Assembly (NCBI GenBank): GCA_963706955.1
Contig: CAVPOC010000006.1
Span: 313,643-377,642, forward strand
Reading direction: 5' to 3'
Origin: an uncultured Verrucomicrobiae bacterium
Lineage (GTDB): Bacteria; Verrucomicrobiota; Verrucomicrobiia; Chthoniobacterales; Terrimicrobiaceae
DNA: 64,000 nucleotides
Shown here: positions 48,844 through 59,136 of the stretch, one piece after another
How positions within the stretch are numbered: position 1 is the stretch's first letter
How the letters are laid out: the number at the start of each line of letters is the position of its first letter
Translations under genes and position numbers: made by a program
Notes under the pieces: generated by a model
Database searches by the model: none
Seen by the model: the letters and a program-made list of their open reading frames with translations, nothing else
What the model was told of the DNA's origin: nothing

Positions 48844-50130
48844 ATGCCCGCCCGTCGATTTAGTCTCTTCCTCGCGTTACGCTATTTAAAGCCTAAGCGA
48901 ACCTTCCTTTCGATTATCACGCTTATTTCCATTCTCGGAGTGACCCTCGGCGTGATGGTCCTCATCTTGGTCATTAGCGTCATGACCGGGTTTGAACGCG
49001 AACTGACGCGTAAGGTCGTCGGCTTCGACGCGCACCTCGTGGTCTCCAATAGCGGGGTGATGGAAGACTGGCCCGAAGTGATGAAAATGGTCTCGGCAAA
49101 TAAGGAGGTCATCGCAGTCGCGCCGTTCGTCCAGGGACCGGTCCTGGTCGAGTTTCAGGATCGACGAATGGCCCCAAAGATCCGCGGGATTGATCCGGAC
49201 CTCGAAGGCAAGGTCACCAACATCCGTGACTTCATCATCGTGGGTTCCTTGGACCTTGATGGTGACAAGGCCATATTGGGTTCGGAGCTGGCGCGAACTC
49301 TTAGCGCTAATGTTGGAGACAAGATCAACATTTTTTCGCCAGGCAACATCAATCAAATCCTCCAGGAACTCGATCGTGTTGAAAAGGAGGGCGACAAGAC
49401 CAGCGCCACTGCACTCAAGCAGATGATCCTTCCAATGGAGTTGACCGTCGCGGGAATTTTTGAAAGCGGCCGTTACCTCTACGACAGCGAGTTTCTGCTC
49501 GTGCCACTGCACATTGGACAGGAGATCTACAGCCTCGGCGGAGGGGCACATGGCCTCGCCGTCAAGACGCGAGACCCCTTCCTGGCCGATCAGGTCAAAA
49601 ATGAACTAAATGCCACCCTGACCCCTCCCAACTTGGCGCTCACCTGGATTGACCTTAACAAGCAGCTTTTCGAGGCCATTCGCATGGAGCGCAACGTGAT
49701 GTTCTTCCTTCTGCTTTTCATCATCTTGGTGGCGGCATTCGGGATCATGAATACCCTCATCACTGTGACCGTGCAGAAGACGCGCGAGATCGGTATAATG
49801 AAGGCCCTCGGCGCGCGCACCATCCAGATCATCGGGGTGTTCATGGCCCAAGGTATTGTCGTCGGAATCTTCGGCACCTTGACAGGTTTGGTGACTGGCA
49901 TCGTGCTCGTGCAATATCGCAACCAGGTAAGTAACTGGCTGGCCACGACCTTAGGCGTCGAAGTCTTTCCCCGCTCAGTCTATCAATTTAGCGAAATCCC
50001 GGCCGAAGTGGTTCCCAGCGACGTGATTATCATTTGCGTGAGCGCTTTTGTGATTTGCTCGTTCGCGGCCCTCATTCCGGCATGGTTTGCCGCCCGCCTG
50101 GATCCGGTCAAGGCTCTGCGCTATGAATGA
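48844..50130 (+). CDS. Lipoprotein-releasing ABC permease (LolC/E family)
   Basis: LALRYLK, VISVMTGF, KTREIGIMKALGA, AARLDPVKALRYE. Confidence 0.92.
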   Translation: MPARRFSLFLALRYLKPKRTFLSIITLISILGVTLGVMVLILVISVMTGFERELTRKVVGFDAHLVVSNSGVMEDWPEVMKMVSANKEVIAVAPFVQGPVLVEFQDRRMAPKIRGIDPDLEGKVTNIRDFIIVGSLDLDGDKAILGSELARTLSANVGDKINIFSPGNINQILQELDRVEKEGDKTSATALKQMILPMELTVAGIFESGRYLYDSEFLLVPLHIGQEIYSLGGGAHGLAVKTRDPFLADQVKNELNATLTPPNLALTWIDLNKQLFEAIRMERNVMFFLLLFIILVAAFGIMNTLITVTVQKTREIGIMKALGARTIQIIGVFMAQGIVVGIFGTLTGLVTGIVLVQYRNQVSNWLATTLGVEVFPRSVYQFSEIPAEVVPSDVIIICVSAFVICSFAALIPAWFAARLDPVKALRYE

Positions 50131-50340
50131 TCACGACGGTGGAAGCTGGTCCAACTGCGCGCGAAGATCGGGACGCTTCTTTTCCGGTTTCCCCTCGTAG
50201 TCGGAGGGAGTGGCCAAGACTGGAGTGGGGCCACGAGCCCGCAAAGGTTCGGATCTTTCGCCTCTCAATCCGAGAACAAGAAAGCCGAGGATCGCAGCGA
50301 TCGCGAAGGGGAGCAGCGAGTCCGCGGTGACGGCCTTCAT
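50131..50340 (-). CDS. Possible small membrane protein
   Basis: 69-aa ORF with a single TM segment (LLPFAIAAILGFLVLGL), filling the gap between lolC/E and the tRNA promoter. Confidence 0.4.
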   Translation of the reverse strand: MKAVTADSLLPFAIAAILGFLVLGLRGERSEPLRARGPTPVLATPSDYEGKPEKKRPDLRAQLDQLPPS

Positions 50341-50430
50341 ATGTATGTACTACGCGCCGAACGCGCTTCCTTTCGCAAAAATCCGGTTTGACGCCCTTGG
50401 CAAAGGAAGATTTATTTACCTGCTCTCCAT

Positions 50431-50504
50431 GCAGCCGTAGCTCAATTGGATAGAGCATCTGACTACGGATCAGAAGGTTTGGGGTTCGAGTCCCTACGGC
50501 TGCG
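50431..50504 (+). tRNA. tRNA-Arg (anticodon ACG)
   Basis: Acceptor GCAGCCG/CGGCTGC, anticodon arm TCTGA-CTACGGA-TCAGA, T-loop GGTTCGAGTCC; CCA not encoded. Confidence 0.95.
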
Positions 50505-51184
50505 CTGTTTATAGTAGAATGACTTACGGCGATTATCGCAGCGAGGCGTCCAAATTATTTCCTGCCACTTTCCTGCCACTTTTTCGGCTAACCCCCTGGT
50601 GGTTTTAGCGGGCCAAGGTATCCCCTGCTTATCGCACGAATCGCCGAACTCGATGCGACCGTCGAAGGCCTGCGCAAGGATAACGCCCTCAAAGTTGTTG
50701 ACGCTTCTAATCGAGTGAGGCCCACAACTTCGTTGCGCACCTCCACCAAGCTCGAAAGCACTGCCGGCTAATCTGCGAGCGTCCGAATAAGGGCAACAAA
50801 GCGATTGAGCGCGAGGTTCTCTCAAGCTACCAGGTCGCGCAGAGCCCTCGGATTCAACGGTGACTTTCGCCAGTGGGAGCACTTGCTGCGGATTTACGAA
50901 TGACTCCCCTTGTGATCAAGTCCCCCAAACCGGGCGGAGCGGCCTCGATCGCTATTTATCCCATTAGGGGCAGCACGGGACGGGGTGTTGGACGATAAGA
51001 GATCGGTCCTCAGGCTTAAAATCGGTTTCTTTTCAAGCTCATCACGAGATACGTCAGAGCCTTCGTTTCCCGTTCGGACGCATCGGTTGCCAAGTGTATG
51101 TTACTGAAGCATTCAGCCCGTCTATCAGCAATGACGAGCTACCAGTCAGGTGAAGCGCAAACCAAAGCTGACGACAGGCACGCC

Positions 51185-51467
51185 TCAAGTTAGGTAGGAC
51201 ATGTACAGGTCGAAGCCATGGGGGTTGCTGCCCGTGTTCTTGACCGTCACGGTTACAACAAAGTGATTCGGCTTATCCATGGTGGACGTTACACTTGTGA
51301 TTTGGAAAGACACCTGGGCCAACCAGCAACTCGTGGGGCGCTAAGGCCTTCGGAGCGACCCAAAAGCCCAGCACCTTCTTTACTGGAGGATTGTTCCATC
51401 CCTTCGTCGTCGTCTTACTTGGGTCAAGATATCCTTCACCGATCAATTGAATGTTGGCACTAGCCAT
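51185..51467 (-). pseudogene. Small hypothetical protein with one frameshift
   Basis: MASANIQLIGEGYLDP...GWNNPPVKKVLGFWVAP...GPGVF|QITSVTSTMDKPNHFVVTVTVKNTGSNPHGFDLYMSYLT* reads as one coherent ~93-aa protein. Confidence 0.45.
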
Positions 51468-51967
51468 TGAGTTCGGTTTATTGCGAAGGTTTAGCCTTAT
51501 GCAGGGTTTACCAAGGCGAGCTGGGGCAGCTCGTCGCCTTGACGCTTATGAGCAAAATTTCTCAATGACAGCGCGAGTGCCATTAGAGAGTGTGCAATTT
51601 CGCGGAGCTTGCTCGTATATATCCCAATACCGCGATGCTCGCCTATCACATATCGATGACTTGCACACTCTGCGTTCTGATGGATCGATAATGTTGCCCC
51701 TCGGCGTGTGAGCCTTCGCCCAGTGGAGTAGCTTCGACGTGTCTTTGTCGGCTCATATGGGCCGATAGTTCCATTTATTCTCTTCTTCGATCGTTTAGAC
51801 TCGGACATGCAAAAGAAACCACGCCGGCACAGAGGACTAACCAAAGCGGACCTTGAACGGGCGGCGGCGTTGAGAATTCTGGACGCCTATGCCAAGTTCG
51901 GCTTGGCGTTAATTCGTGGCAAAGACCCTATTCGACCGCCACTGAGAACTAAAGTCCCCGGTTGACT

Positions 51968-52207
51968 ATGCGACTACGACTTGACCTTGCCTGTGGACAA
52001 TGGCGTGTCATTGAATGTGATGGTTGGTCGCTTGACGGCGCGCTAACTCGTTTTGTCAGAGACGGCAACACCGTCTTGATTGCTCCGACCAACTATTTTG
52101 AGCTCATCAAGCCGTTGCCGCAAGCGACCTCAGCGCGACCGAACCCCCAACATCGGATGGCGAAAGCGAACTGCCATGACCCCGGAGGTGAGACACTTCA
52201 TAACTGA
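51968..52207 (+). CDS. Hypothetical protein
   Basis: MRLRLDLACGQWRVIECDGW...; short ORF in the island, no recognised family. Confidence 0.35.
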   Translation: MRLRLDLACGQWRVIECDGWSLDGALTRFVRDGNTVLIAPTNYFELIKPLPQATSARPNPQHRMAKANCHDPGGETLHN

Positions 52208-52268
52208 AGCTCTGAGGGTTTCTTAGTGTTTTGATCTTCGTTTGTTTGCTACCTTGTGACGTTGATCC

Positions 52269-52499
52269 TTAGTTCCCCCCGAACGACCGCGGACCTTGGG
52301 GGTCCGGCAGATCCAACCTAGGGATTGGCACGGAGACGCACATGTTTGGGTCGGCCACCCAGGGGTGAGCGGCTCTCCAGTGAGCTTCCGCTTCCCGACA
52401 GAGTTTCTCCAGCCGCCGTGGCCACTCGGCCTGCTCGCGGGCCGCACGCTCCCGCTCGAGCCGGAATTGCTCTGCGTCTGGTAAGTCTTCTTCGCTCAT
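52269..52499 (-). CDS. Hypothetical protein directly downstream of terL
   Basis: Starts 3 bp after the terL stop, on the same strand. Confidence 0.5.
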   Translation of the reverse strand: MSEEDLPDAEQFRLERERAAREQAEWPRRLEKLCREAEAHWRAAHPWVADPNMCVSVPIPRLDLPDPQGPRSFGGN

Positions 52500-52502
52500 G
52501 CG

Positions 52503-54149
52503 TCACCTAATCACACGCGCTCGTTGCGGCCCGCCGAAGAAGCGGTCCAGAATGTCCGGCTCGGGATCAGGAGCGTCGCCACGGAAACCGAAAATTACCT
52601 TGACCGGTTGCCTGCGCGCACTGGTGCCCGTCGAGCCAGCACTGCTCAACATGTGTGCCATTTCTGCCTCTGCAACCACGCGGAGTGCGTCGCACGCATG
52701 GCTCGAAAAATCATGGACGGGCTCATCTCTGGCCAGGCCAGTGCTTGTCTCGCGCATGGTGCGATAATGCAGAGAGCCTCCAAGCCTCGCTCACATTGCG
52801 GCACGCGGAAGCTGAACCTTGGCAGCATTTGCTCGCAGTCTGTTGATGCCAACCCAGACGTCGTCGTCCGCGGCACCGCCTTGAGGTTGGCCAGCCCCGC
52901 CTCCTTCAGCTCGCTGAGAAATGTCCGGCCGCTCTTCTGCGTGGCCAAGGCGTCATGCGGCAGGAAGTGCGAGCCGTAAAGGTAGCCTTTGGCCAACATT
53001 CGAGCCACGCGTTCGACCGGCGTCAGGTCTAAGTCCATGTCGAAATCGACGACTCGGATCTCGCCGTTCGACCAACTGGAAATACCAGACCACCGTATTG
53101 ATCGGCGAGCCAAGATCCCAGCAGGTGTGCGTGAGCGACGAGTTGTCCACGATCCAAGGTCGGATCGCCCCTTCCGCTCTCAGCTTGTCAATTTGCTCGG
53201 CGTAGATGGCCCCTTCCACCGGCGCTTGGAAGCACTCTTCGAGCATGGTCGGATACTCGCGTTTGATGAACATGCCAAGTTCGGCGCGCTTGCGTTGATA
53301 CCACGATTGCTGGCCAGGGGTGATATCCGGCTTGTCCGCGAAGTATCGCTGCGTCTCCTCGCTGAGCGGCCGCGGAATCGCATCGCAATAGGACGGCTCG
53401 TTTTGCCAGGGAAAGAAGACCACGCGCCAGTCGAGCGGACCCTTCTGATCCTCCGGGGTTTCCAGCGCGGATTTGACCAAGCTCCACAGATGCCCATTGC
53501 GCCCGCCGCTCCATGTCGTCTCCACGACGCACACTCCGTCGCCGACGCTCGGTAAGGCTCCAGTGAGGATCTCCTCGGAACGCGCCAGGTCGGTCGCCTG
53601 AATGACTCCCCACTCGCTGATCCACAAAAAGCTGTTCGCGCCACCTCGCACATGCGTCCCGGCGAACATCGTGTTCGATTTCGCCTCCTCGTGCCGCACG
53701 AATTTCACCGCCAGCTCGCCCGTGTTCGAGCGGGTGATCGGCAGCTCTTTCTTCAGCGCCGGGTCAAGGCTCTCATAAGCCACCAGCGTGATGTCGCGCA
53801 GCTTCTGGCGGGCGTCCTCCAGCGTCTGGTCGACCAGACTGATTTGCTGGCCCATCCCGAAGCAAAGACGGTCCGCGCAGACCACGCCGAGCAGCGTCGA
53901 GAAGCCCAGCTGGCGCGCCTTCAGGATGATGACCCGTCGGCAACCCCGCCGGTAGATCAGGTCGATGATCTGCCGCTGCTGCGGCCGCGGGCGGAACTTG
54001 ATGATCGAGCCGTCGCGTGTGCGGATCGAATAGAGATGGCCAAGCCGCCAGCAGGGATCGCGGAACGCCTCCAGCGCCGCCTCCTCGTCAATGCCTGGCG
54101 CCGCCTGCGGGACTGCTTGTTTGCCTGCTACTTTCGCCATTCTCGCCAT
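52503..54149 (-). pseudogene. terL: Phage terminase large subunit, frameshifted
   Basis: ILKARQLGFST (Walker A), LWISE (Walker B), ETT, REYP, CWDLG, HFLPHDA, PVHDFSSHACDALR, spread over ORFs 52953-54149, 52646-53113 and 52503-52757. Confidence 0.9.
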
Positions 54150-54612
54150 CGTCCATGCGGCTGCCGAGGGTGCCGCCGCCTACGAAAAGCCTCCCAAGGA
54201 AGCTGGCAAGATTCTCGCCGGCCTCCAGCTCGACCTTGATCGAGCCTTCCCAGTTGACCAGCTTGGCCAGTTGCTGGCCGACCTGCAATTTGGGAGGAAA
54301 TACCGCCTGCTTCTGGCCGCGGACGACGACAACGTCACACCGCGGATTGTCCATCGAAGCTTCCGAAGGCTTGGCTTCATACATCTCGACCAGCGAGCGG
54401 ATATAAGCCTCGCGCGACAGGCTGCACTTGGCCGACGGATTCCGCCTTCAACTCCTCGATGCGCTCGCGAACTCCTGGCATGCGTTGCGAGGCATTCACA
54501 TCTGCGTTCTGCGACTTGTTGCTGACGGTCTCGCGATAGGCATCAGACCTGTCTTACCGCTGGCTCGTAATTGGGCGAACCATTCATGCCTCGGATTCTT
54601 GAGGATCGGCAT
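54088..54612 (-). pseudogene. terS: Probable terminase small subunit, frameshifted
   Basis: The N-terminus MPILKNPRHEWFAQ (ATG 54612) is typical of TerS HTH starts. Later VRERIEEL. The C-terminal ORF 54088-54384 overlaps the terL start. Confidence 0.7.
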
Positions 54613-54819
54613 GTAACAGCCTACCAGTAATTCTTAGGAGTTCCTACCGCTTCTTGCCTTTGCGGGACAATGGCTTGGTGACGGATACCTTCCCGGTGTG
54701 ATCGCCTACCAACCTTGCCGCTGTTGATCGACTGTGTGCGGCTTCCGCGTCGAATATCTTGCGAACAAGAACCTCTCGTCAACCGGAGTAAAAAGGGTCT
54801 GATAAGGGAAAGTGTGGAG

Positions 54820-54856
54820 TGAACGCGGGGGCGTCAGCTGCCTCGCCTGGTTAGCC
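54820..54856 (-). other. Partial attC-like site
   Basis: The minus strand reads GGCTAACCAGGCGAGGCAGCTGACGCCCCC. The TAA in the R''-like box is the stop codon of the upstream nuclease gene; the 3' arm is missing. Confidence 0.5.
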
Positions 54857-55517
54857 AGATTCATCATACCCTTGTGTAATACATTGATCTTGAAAATGCT
54901 TTGGTATGCAGCGACGGGCACCTTTGTTTCGGATCAAGACAAAGTCTTTGCTGTTAGACGGTAAAGGGCTGCATGCATTCAGTTCTCAGGCGTCGCTCTT
55001 GCTCATCGACGCTGAGTTGGTCAAAAGCCTCGAATTCCAGCCGAGGATGTCCCTCTCAATCACCAAGATGCCGCTGACGTCCGGATCAAAATGACGTGGA
55101 TAGCAAGCGAGATGGTCAGCAAAGAAATCAAAGAAGAAAGCGACGAGCAGCGGCAGATCGGCAAAGTTCGGATGATCCTCGACCAACGCATTACGTTTGC
55201 GAACAGCGTCGGCGGCGTGAGATTTTCGCTGATCTTTGTCAGGTCAATCTGATTTTCAAATACTCCGGTGTCGTAAAGTCCTTCATCCAGCGTTGAAATG
55301 TGGGCGTTTCGATCTTGCAGGTACCGGCAGAGTGCACAGTTTTGACTTCGCAAAGCATTTCTGGATGGCCCGCACGATTTGAAATGAGGAAATCGGGTCG
55401 CGGGCGTTTCGCGTTGCGATCAAGTCGGCGAACCGAATACCTCAGCTTCCTAAATTGCTTCTCGACGACAGCTTCGCTTGCCGCCGCTATTTGGTTCAAT
55501 GTTTGAGAGTCTAGCAT
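54851..55517 (-). pseudogene. PD-(D/E)XK nuclease-like protein, frameshifted
   Basis: MLDSQTL...SEAVV...RPDFLI...MLCEVKTV (E...PD...EVK). Continues through ORFs 55060-55353 and 54986-55186 to ...TQGYDESG*. Confidence 0.65.
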
Positions 55518-55567
55518 TGCGATTACCGCAGTATTATCGGGTGGAAAAACGAGAACGCTTATCTACA

Positions 55568-55642
55568 TCCTAACGCAATCAAGGCTGAGAGGGCGAGCGC
55601 AGCGAGCGGGTCGAAGATCTTTCGCAAAGCCGATTGTTGGAC
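55568..55642 (-). other. attC-like imperfect palindrome
   Basis: Minus strand GTCCAAC-AATCGGCT...CGCTCGCTGCGCTCGC...CTCAGCC-TTGATTGC-GTTAGGA, starting 3 nt after the GIY-YIG gene's stop. Confidence 0.55.
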
Positions 55643-55645
55643 AGT

Positions 55646-56471
55646 TCATCGCTCCTGTTCAGGACTTAGCTTTTCTTCATTTGTCGGATCACGTACCACA
55701 ACCTTTTGGTTCACAATTGCCAGTGACCTGAGAACCTTAATGAGCAGGGATTCCACGTCAAGGACGAGCCGGGATCTTTTACTGCGCAAATGTAGGCGGC
55801 GCTTGCAACCAGCGGTCGCTTGAACCAGAGGCGTGTTTCATGATCACGAAGTCGGCTCGCAACGGACATCTTGCTTTTGCCGATATAAATTGGGCGTTCA
55901 CTCACATCATAAAGAATGTAGACGCCAGGTTCTGCGGGCCACTGGCGCATCGTCGTGCGGATCAACTGGCTGAATTCGCCTAATTGACCTACATCCCGCG
56001 CCGCATTCGTTTCCTCTTTAACTTCGGCAGGTGCTTCGCCGAATGTACTCTTGAAGCTTCTTCAACGTGCGCGATTGTGGTGATGCGACCGTTCCATTAA
56101 GGATATTGTAGATTGTGGGCACACTAACGCCCGCCTGATTCGCTAACACCCCTAGATTTTTACTGTCGCGACGCTGCTTGCTTTCAATGGCTTTTCTGAG
56201 CCAAAAGGCCAGGTCTGTCGTATTCTCAGGCTCGGACGCGGCAGCGGCTTCTGATACGGGGCGGCCGAGGAACTTCGCAATTCTGTCGAGCTCCGACTCG
56301 TCTGGCCCAGGCGGACGTCCGTGCTCCCAGTTCGAGATTGTGGGTTGGCTAACCCCAATAGCCTCGGCGAGTTCTTGCTGACTCTTGCTGGCCTGAAGGC
56401 GCGCTTGTTTTAGCCGTGCACCCCATTCGGGATCCCAAGCTCATGCTACTCTGTTCGTCTTGATTTGGCAC
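55646..56471 (-). pseudogene. Tandem XRE-HTH + GIY-YIG nuclease protein, frameshifted
   Basis: Manual translation: ARLKQARLQASKSQQELAEAIGVSQPTISNWEHG; LANQAGVSVPTIYNILNG; PGVYILYDVSERPIYIGKS...RLRDH...VESLLIK...IVNQK. AAGGAG RBS precedes GTG 56471. Confidence 0.75.
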
Positions 56472-56489
56472 ATGTACTCCTTTTGATCC

Positions 56490-56540
56490 GCCCAACGTTG
56501 TATAGATGGACTGAAGTTGGCTATATCGGAATCGTTAGGA
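56490..56540 (-). other. Short attC-like palindrome upstream of the HTH-GIY-YIG gene
   Basis: Minus strand TCCTAACG...TATAG...CTATA...CGTTGGGC (GTTRRRY), followed within 20 nt by the RBS and start codon. Confidence 0.4.
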
Positions 56541-56744
56541 ATATCGCTAGCCATTTCATGGGTAGGTGAAATCTCTGACAATCTCGCAAGGAGTCCGTTC
56601 ATTCCGCCCAGTTGTCTGTTGTCGAGAACGCAAGAATCGGCTTTGGCGATCCATTTGGAGGGGTAGGTGCTGAAGCTTCACCCCGCGCCACCGTGCTAGC
56701 CGAGCCCCCCGGTTCGATGCGAATCGAAAAAGAGTATGCTTTTC

Positions 56745-57041
56745 TCAGCTCGCGCCGCAGCTCGAACCCAACGCGGTGATCCTGAAGGTTTGCCTCTGTC
56801 CCTTCTGCTCCGTTCTAGCCGGCAGCGTTCCAAGGCTGGACTTGAGGGCCTTGCGCTCCTCCTTGCTCAACCATGCCCAAATGCAGCGTGCGAAGTTGCA
56901 GAACTGTGGTTTCTCTATGGCCAAGAGGACGATGCTGCCAGGATTAGCTTCCAGCCGCGCAAGGTGCGGTTGCAGCTCGGAGATTGGGGAAGTGCTGTAA
57001 CTATCATCGCGATGTCCTCCTCCCGCAGCGACCGCATACAC
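56745..57041 (-). CDS. Hypothetical protein
   Basis: ISELQPHLARLEANPGSIVLLAIE...WAWLSKEERKALKSSL looks like real coding sequence; the start is uncertain. Confidence 0.35.
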   Translation of the reverse strand: MYAVAAGGGHRDDSYSTSPISELQPHLARLEANPGSIVLLAIEKPQFCNFARCIWAWLSKEERKALKSSLGTLPARTEQKGQRQTFRITALGSSCGAS

Positions 57042-57102
57042 TACCGCAATGCAACCGCCTATCTATATATAGGCGGATTGCGGTATTGCGGTGGTATGCC
57101 GC
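57022..57102. repeat. Convergent (A)CCGCA iteron-like repeats around an AT-rich palindrome (putative origin)
   Basis: CCGCA at 57023, 57032, 57044; CCGCCTAT-CTATAT-ATAGGCGG at 57055-57076; ATTGCGGT twice at 57077-57092. Confidence 0.6.
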
Positions 57103-57249
57103 CCCCCAGAGGGGTTCTTTGCGTCCAGAGCCTGAACGGCTAAGCTTCTGGACGTCTCCAAACCCGGTGATAATCCGCATGCACTGAGGCATTCTCGTGT
57201 TACGAAATTTGTCGTTGCTTTTTACGACATTTGTCTCGCACATGTTCAT

Positions 57250-58332
57250 ATGGCCCTAAAATCGTGTCTTCTAGTAATGGAATATGCTCGGGTCTGGCGG
57301 TTCGATGCGCAAAGCGGCGCCTTTATTGACAACTTTGTTACCACAGGAGCCTTTGGCTCCGAAGGAGTCAATTACTTCTGGTCAATGGCGATGGGTCCAC
57401 GGGATCTTTACGTTTCCACTTTGAAGGTCTACCCCGGTCCTGTTGGCGTTGCCCGCTACAGCGGGCCTAACGGTAGTTTGATAGACTCGCTTTACTTACC
57501 TCAAGAGTTTCAAACGCAACGTCGAAGGCCCATAGCGGTCGGTCCGGATGGCAATCTGTATATTGGCGAAGTTCACCGCTTTCGTGGGGATTTTGACGGT
57601 CCGAAGCCAATCTGGCGTTTCAATGCTGACACCGGTGCCTTGATCGACATTTTTGTACCGACGGGCAGCGGCGGTCTGATGGGAGCGTTTGACCTAATCT
57701 TTGGCCGGATGAACACCTTTATGCGTGTACGCCGATCGGACCTTACGATGTAGGCGGTCGAAACATCTTACGTTACGATGGGACTTCAGGCGCTTTTCTC
57801 GGTGAATTCGTTGCTGCCGACGGCGGGGAATTAATAGAGCCTGAACACATGGTCTTTGGCCCCGATGGGAATTTGTACGTTGCTGATCTATATGCACGCC
57901 CGTGTTTTTCGTTACAATGGGACGACGGGAGCCTTTATCGATCAGTTCGTGTCGGAGGCGCCGGGCGAGTCTAAGAACTTATGCCGGTCTCGCCTTCGGT
58001 CCCGACGGAGACCTTTACCTTGCAGTTAGCATTAACGCTTCCCCTTATTATCCTAACAAATGGGACTTCGCTACCACGGAACAACCGGCGCACTGCTCGG
58101 TACCGTTCTACTCCCGAACGCCGTTTTCGATACCATCAACGACCTGCTCGTCGCAAGTATGGACGTGCGGTTGCGCCCAGTGCCCGTCCTGTGGCGTCGA
58201 GTGCCGCGCTGGTTGCAGGTGATCCTGCCAATCGGCCTAGGCATTGTAATCGGCATCGTCGTTGCAAGCCTCGCCAGAATTTCGCTACCGCCGCAAAATC
58301 TGAGGTCGCGATTGAATCAGCGGTTTCGGTAA
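57250..58332 (+). pseudogene. NHL/Vgb-like beta-propeller protein with C-terminal TM, frameshifted
   Basis: Repeats RFDAQSGAFIDNFV, GPDGNLYI, RFNADTGALIDIFV..GSGGL, GLAFGPDGDLYL across several frames. Confidence 0.75.
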
Positions 58333-58887
58333 AGAATGACGTCGGTCAAGGGACCGCGACAGCCAAGCTGTGCAGCGGCCCGACGATTGACGGATACGTC
58401 TCCGCCAAAATGCCGGGCTATGACGAGTTGTTACACAGCAAGGGAGTCAATCGAGCTTTTTGCGCAGCCTTATACTCCAACACAACGTTGCGTGCTCGCT
58501 TAACAGGAGGATCCTCGGCAGGTTGATCTAGCAAGGCGTATTTGCCATAACCCGCGCCGATCCTGGGCACACGATCTCAAGTATCATCGCCGCATGTCCG
58601 GCCAGTAGCTCATTGCTCGAAGAAGTGGGACCTATTCTCGCATACCTGAGGGATTTCCAAATTTTCGGAAAATTCCGGATACAAGGTCTGCGCAGATCCG
58701 CGAAATTCCTGGAGGGCCTTTTACTTCGCGGAGCTGAATCCGTTCGTGAATCTCGAAGGACGAAGCGCAAGTTTCGCACGTAATGTCGCTGGTTAGCTGG
58801 AAAAGTGGCGGGCTGAAATTTGGACGTAGCCGATCAATAAGGTCGGTCTCTGTATCGCCAGGCGCGCCAGCACACTTTCATTAGGCC

Positions 58888-59130
58888 TCATTCATTATCT
58901 ATTGTCTTTTGAATAGCCTGATTGCGTTTATCGTTTGCGTGGCGGACCCCATCGGTAGTTTTTCTGAGACGTTTGCCGTCATATCCGACTAGATCGACAG
59001 CCTCTAAGACTTTTGAGTTCTGACAACCTGCATCCTTATCTTTGGATTCAACTGCTTTGGGCTTCTCTTTACAGCTGATAAATAGAAAGAGCGCCAATAT
59101 GATCGTGATAGCTAGCTTGCCGAATGGCAT
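58888..59130 (-). CDS. Small putative lipoprotein
   Basis: MPFGKLAITIILALFLFISC lipobox-like signal; 80 aa. Confidence 0.6.
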   Translation of the reverse strand: MPFGKLAITIILALFLFISCKEKPKAVESKDKDAGCQNSKVLEAVDLVGYDGKRLRKTTDGVRHANDKRNQAIQKTIDNE

Positions 59131-59136
59131 GTTATT

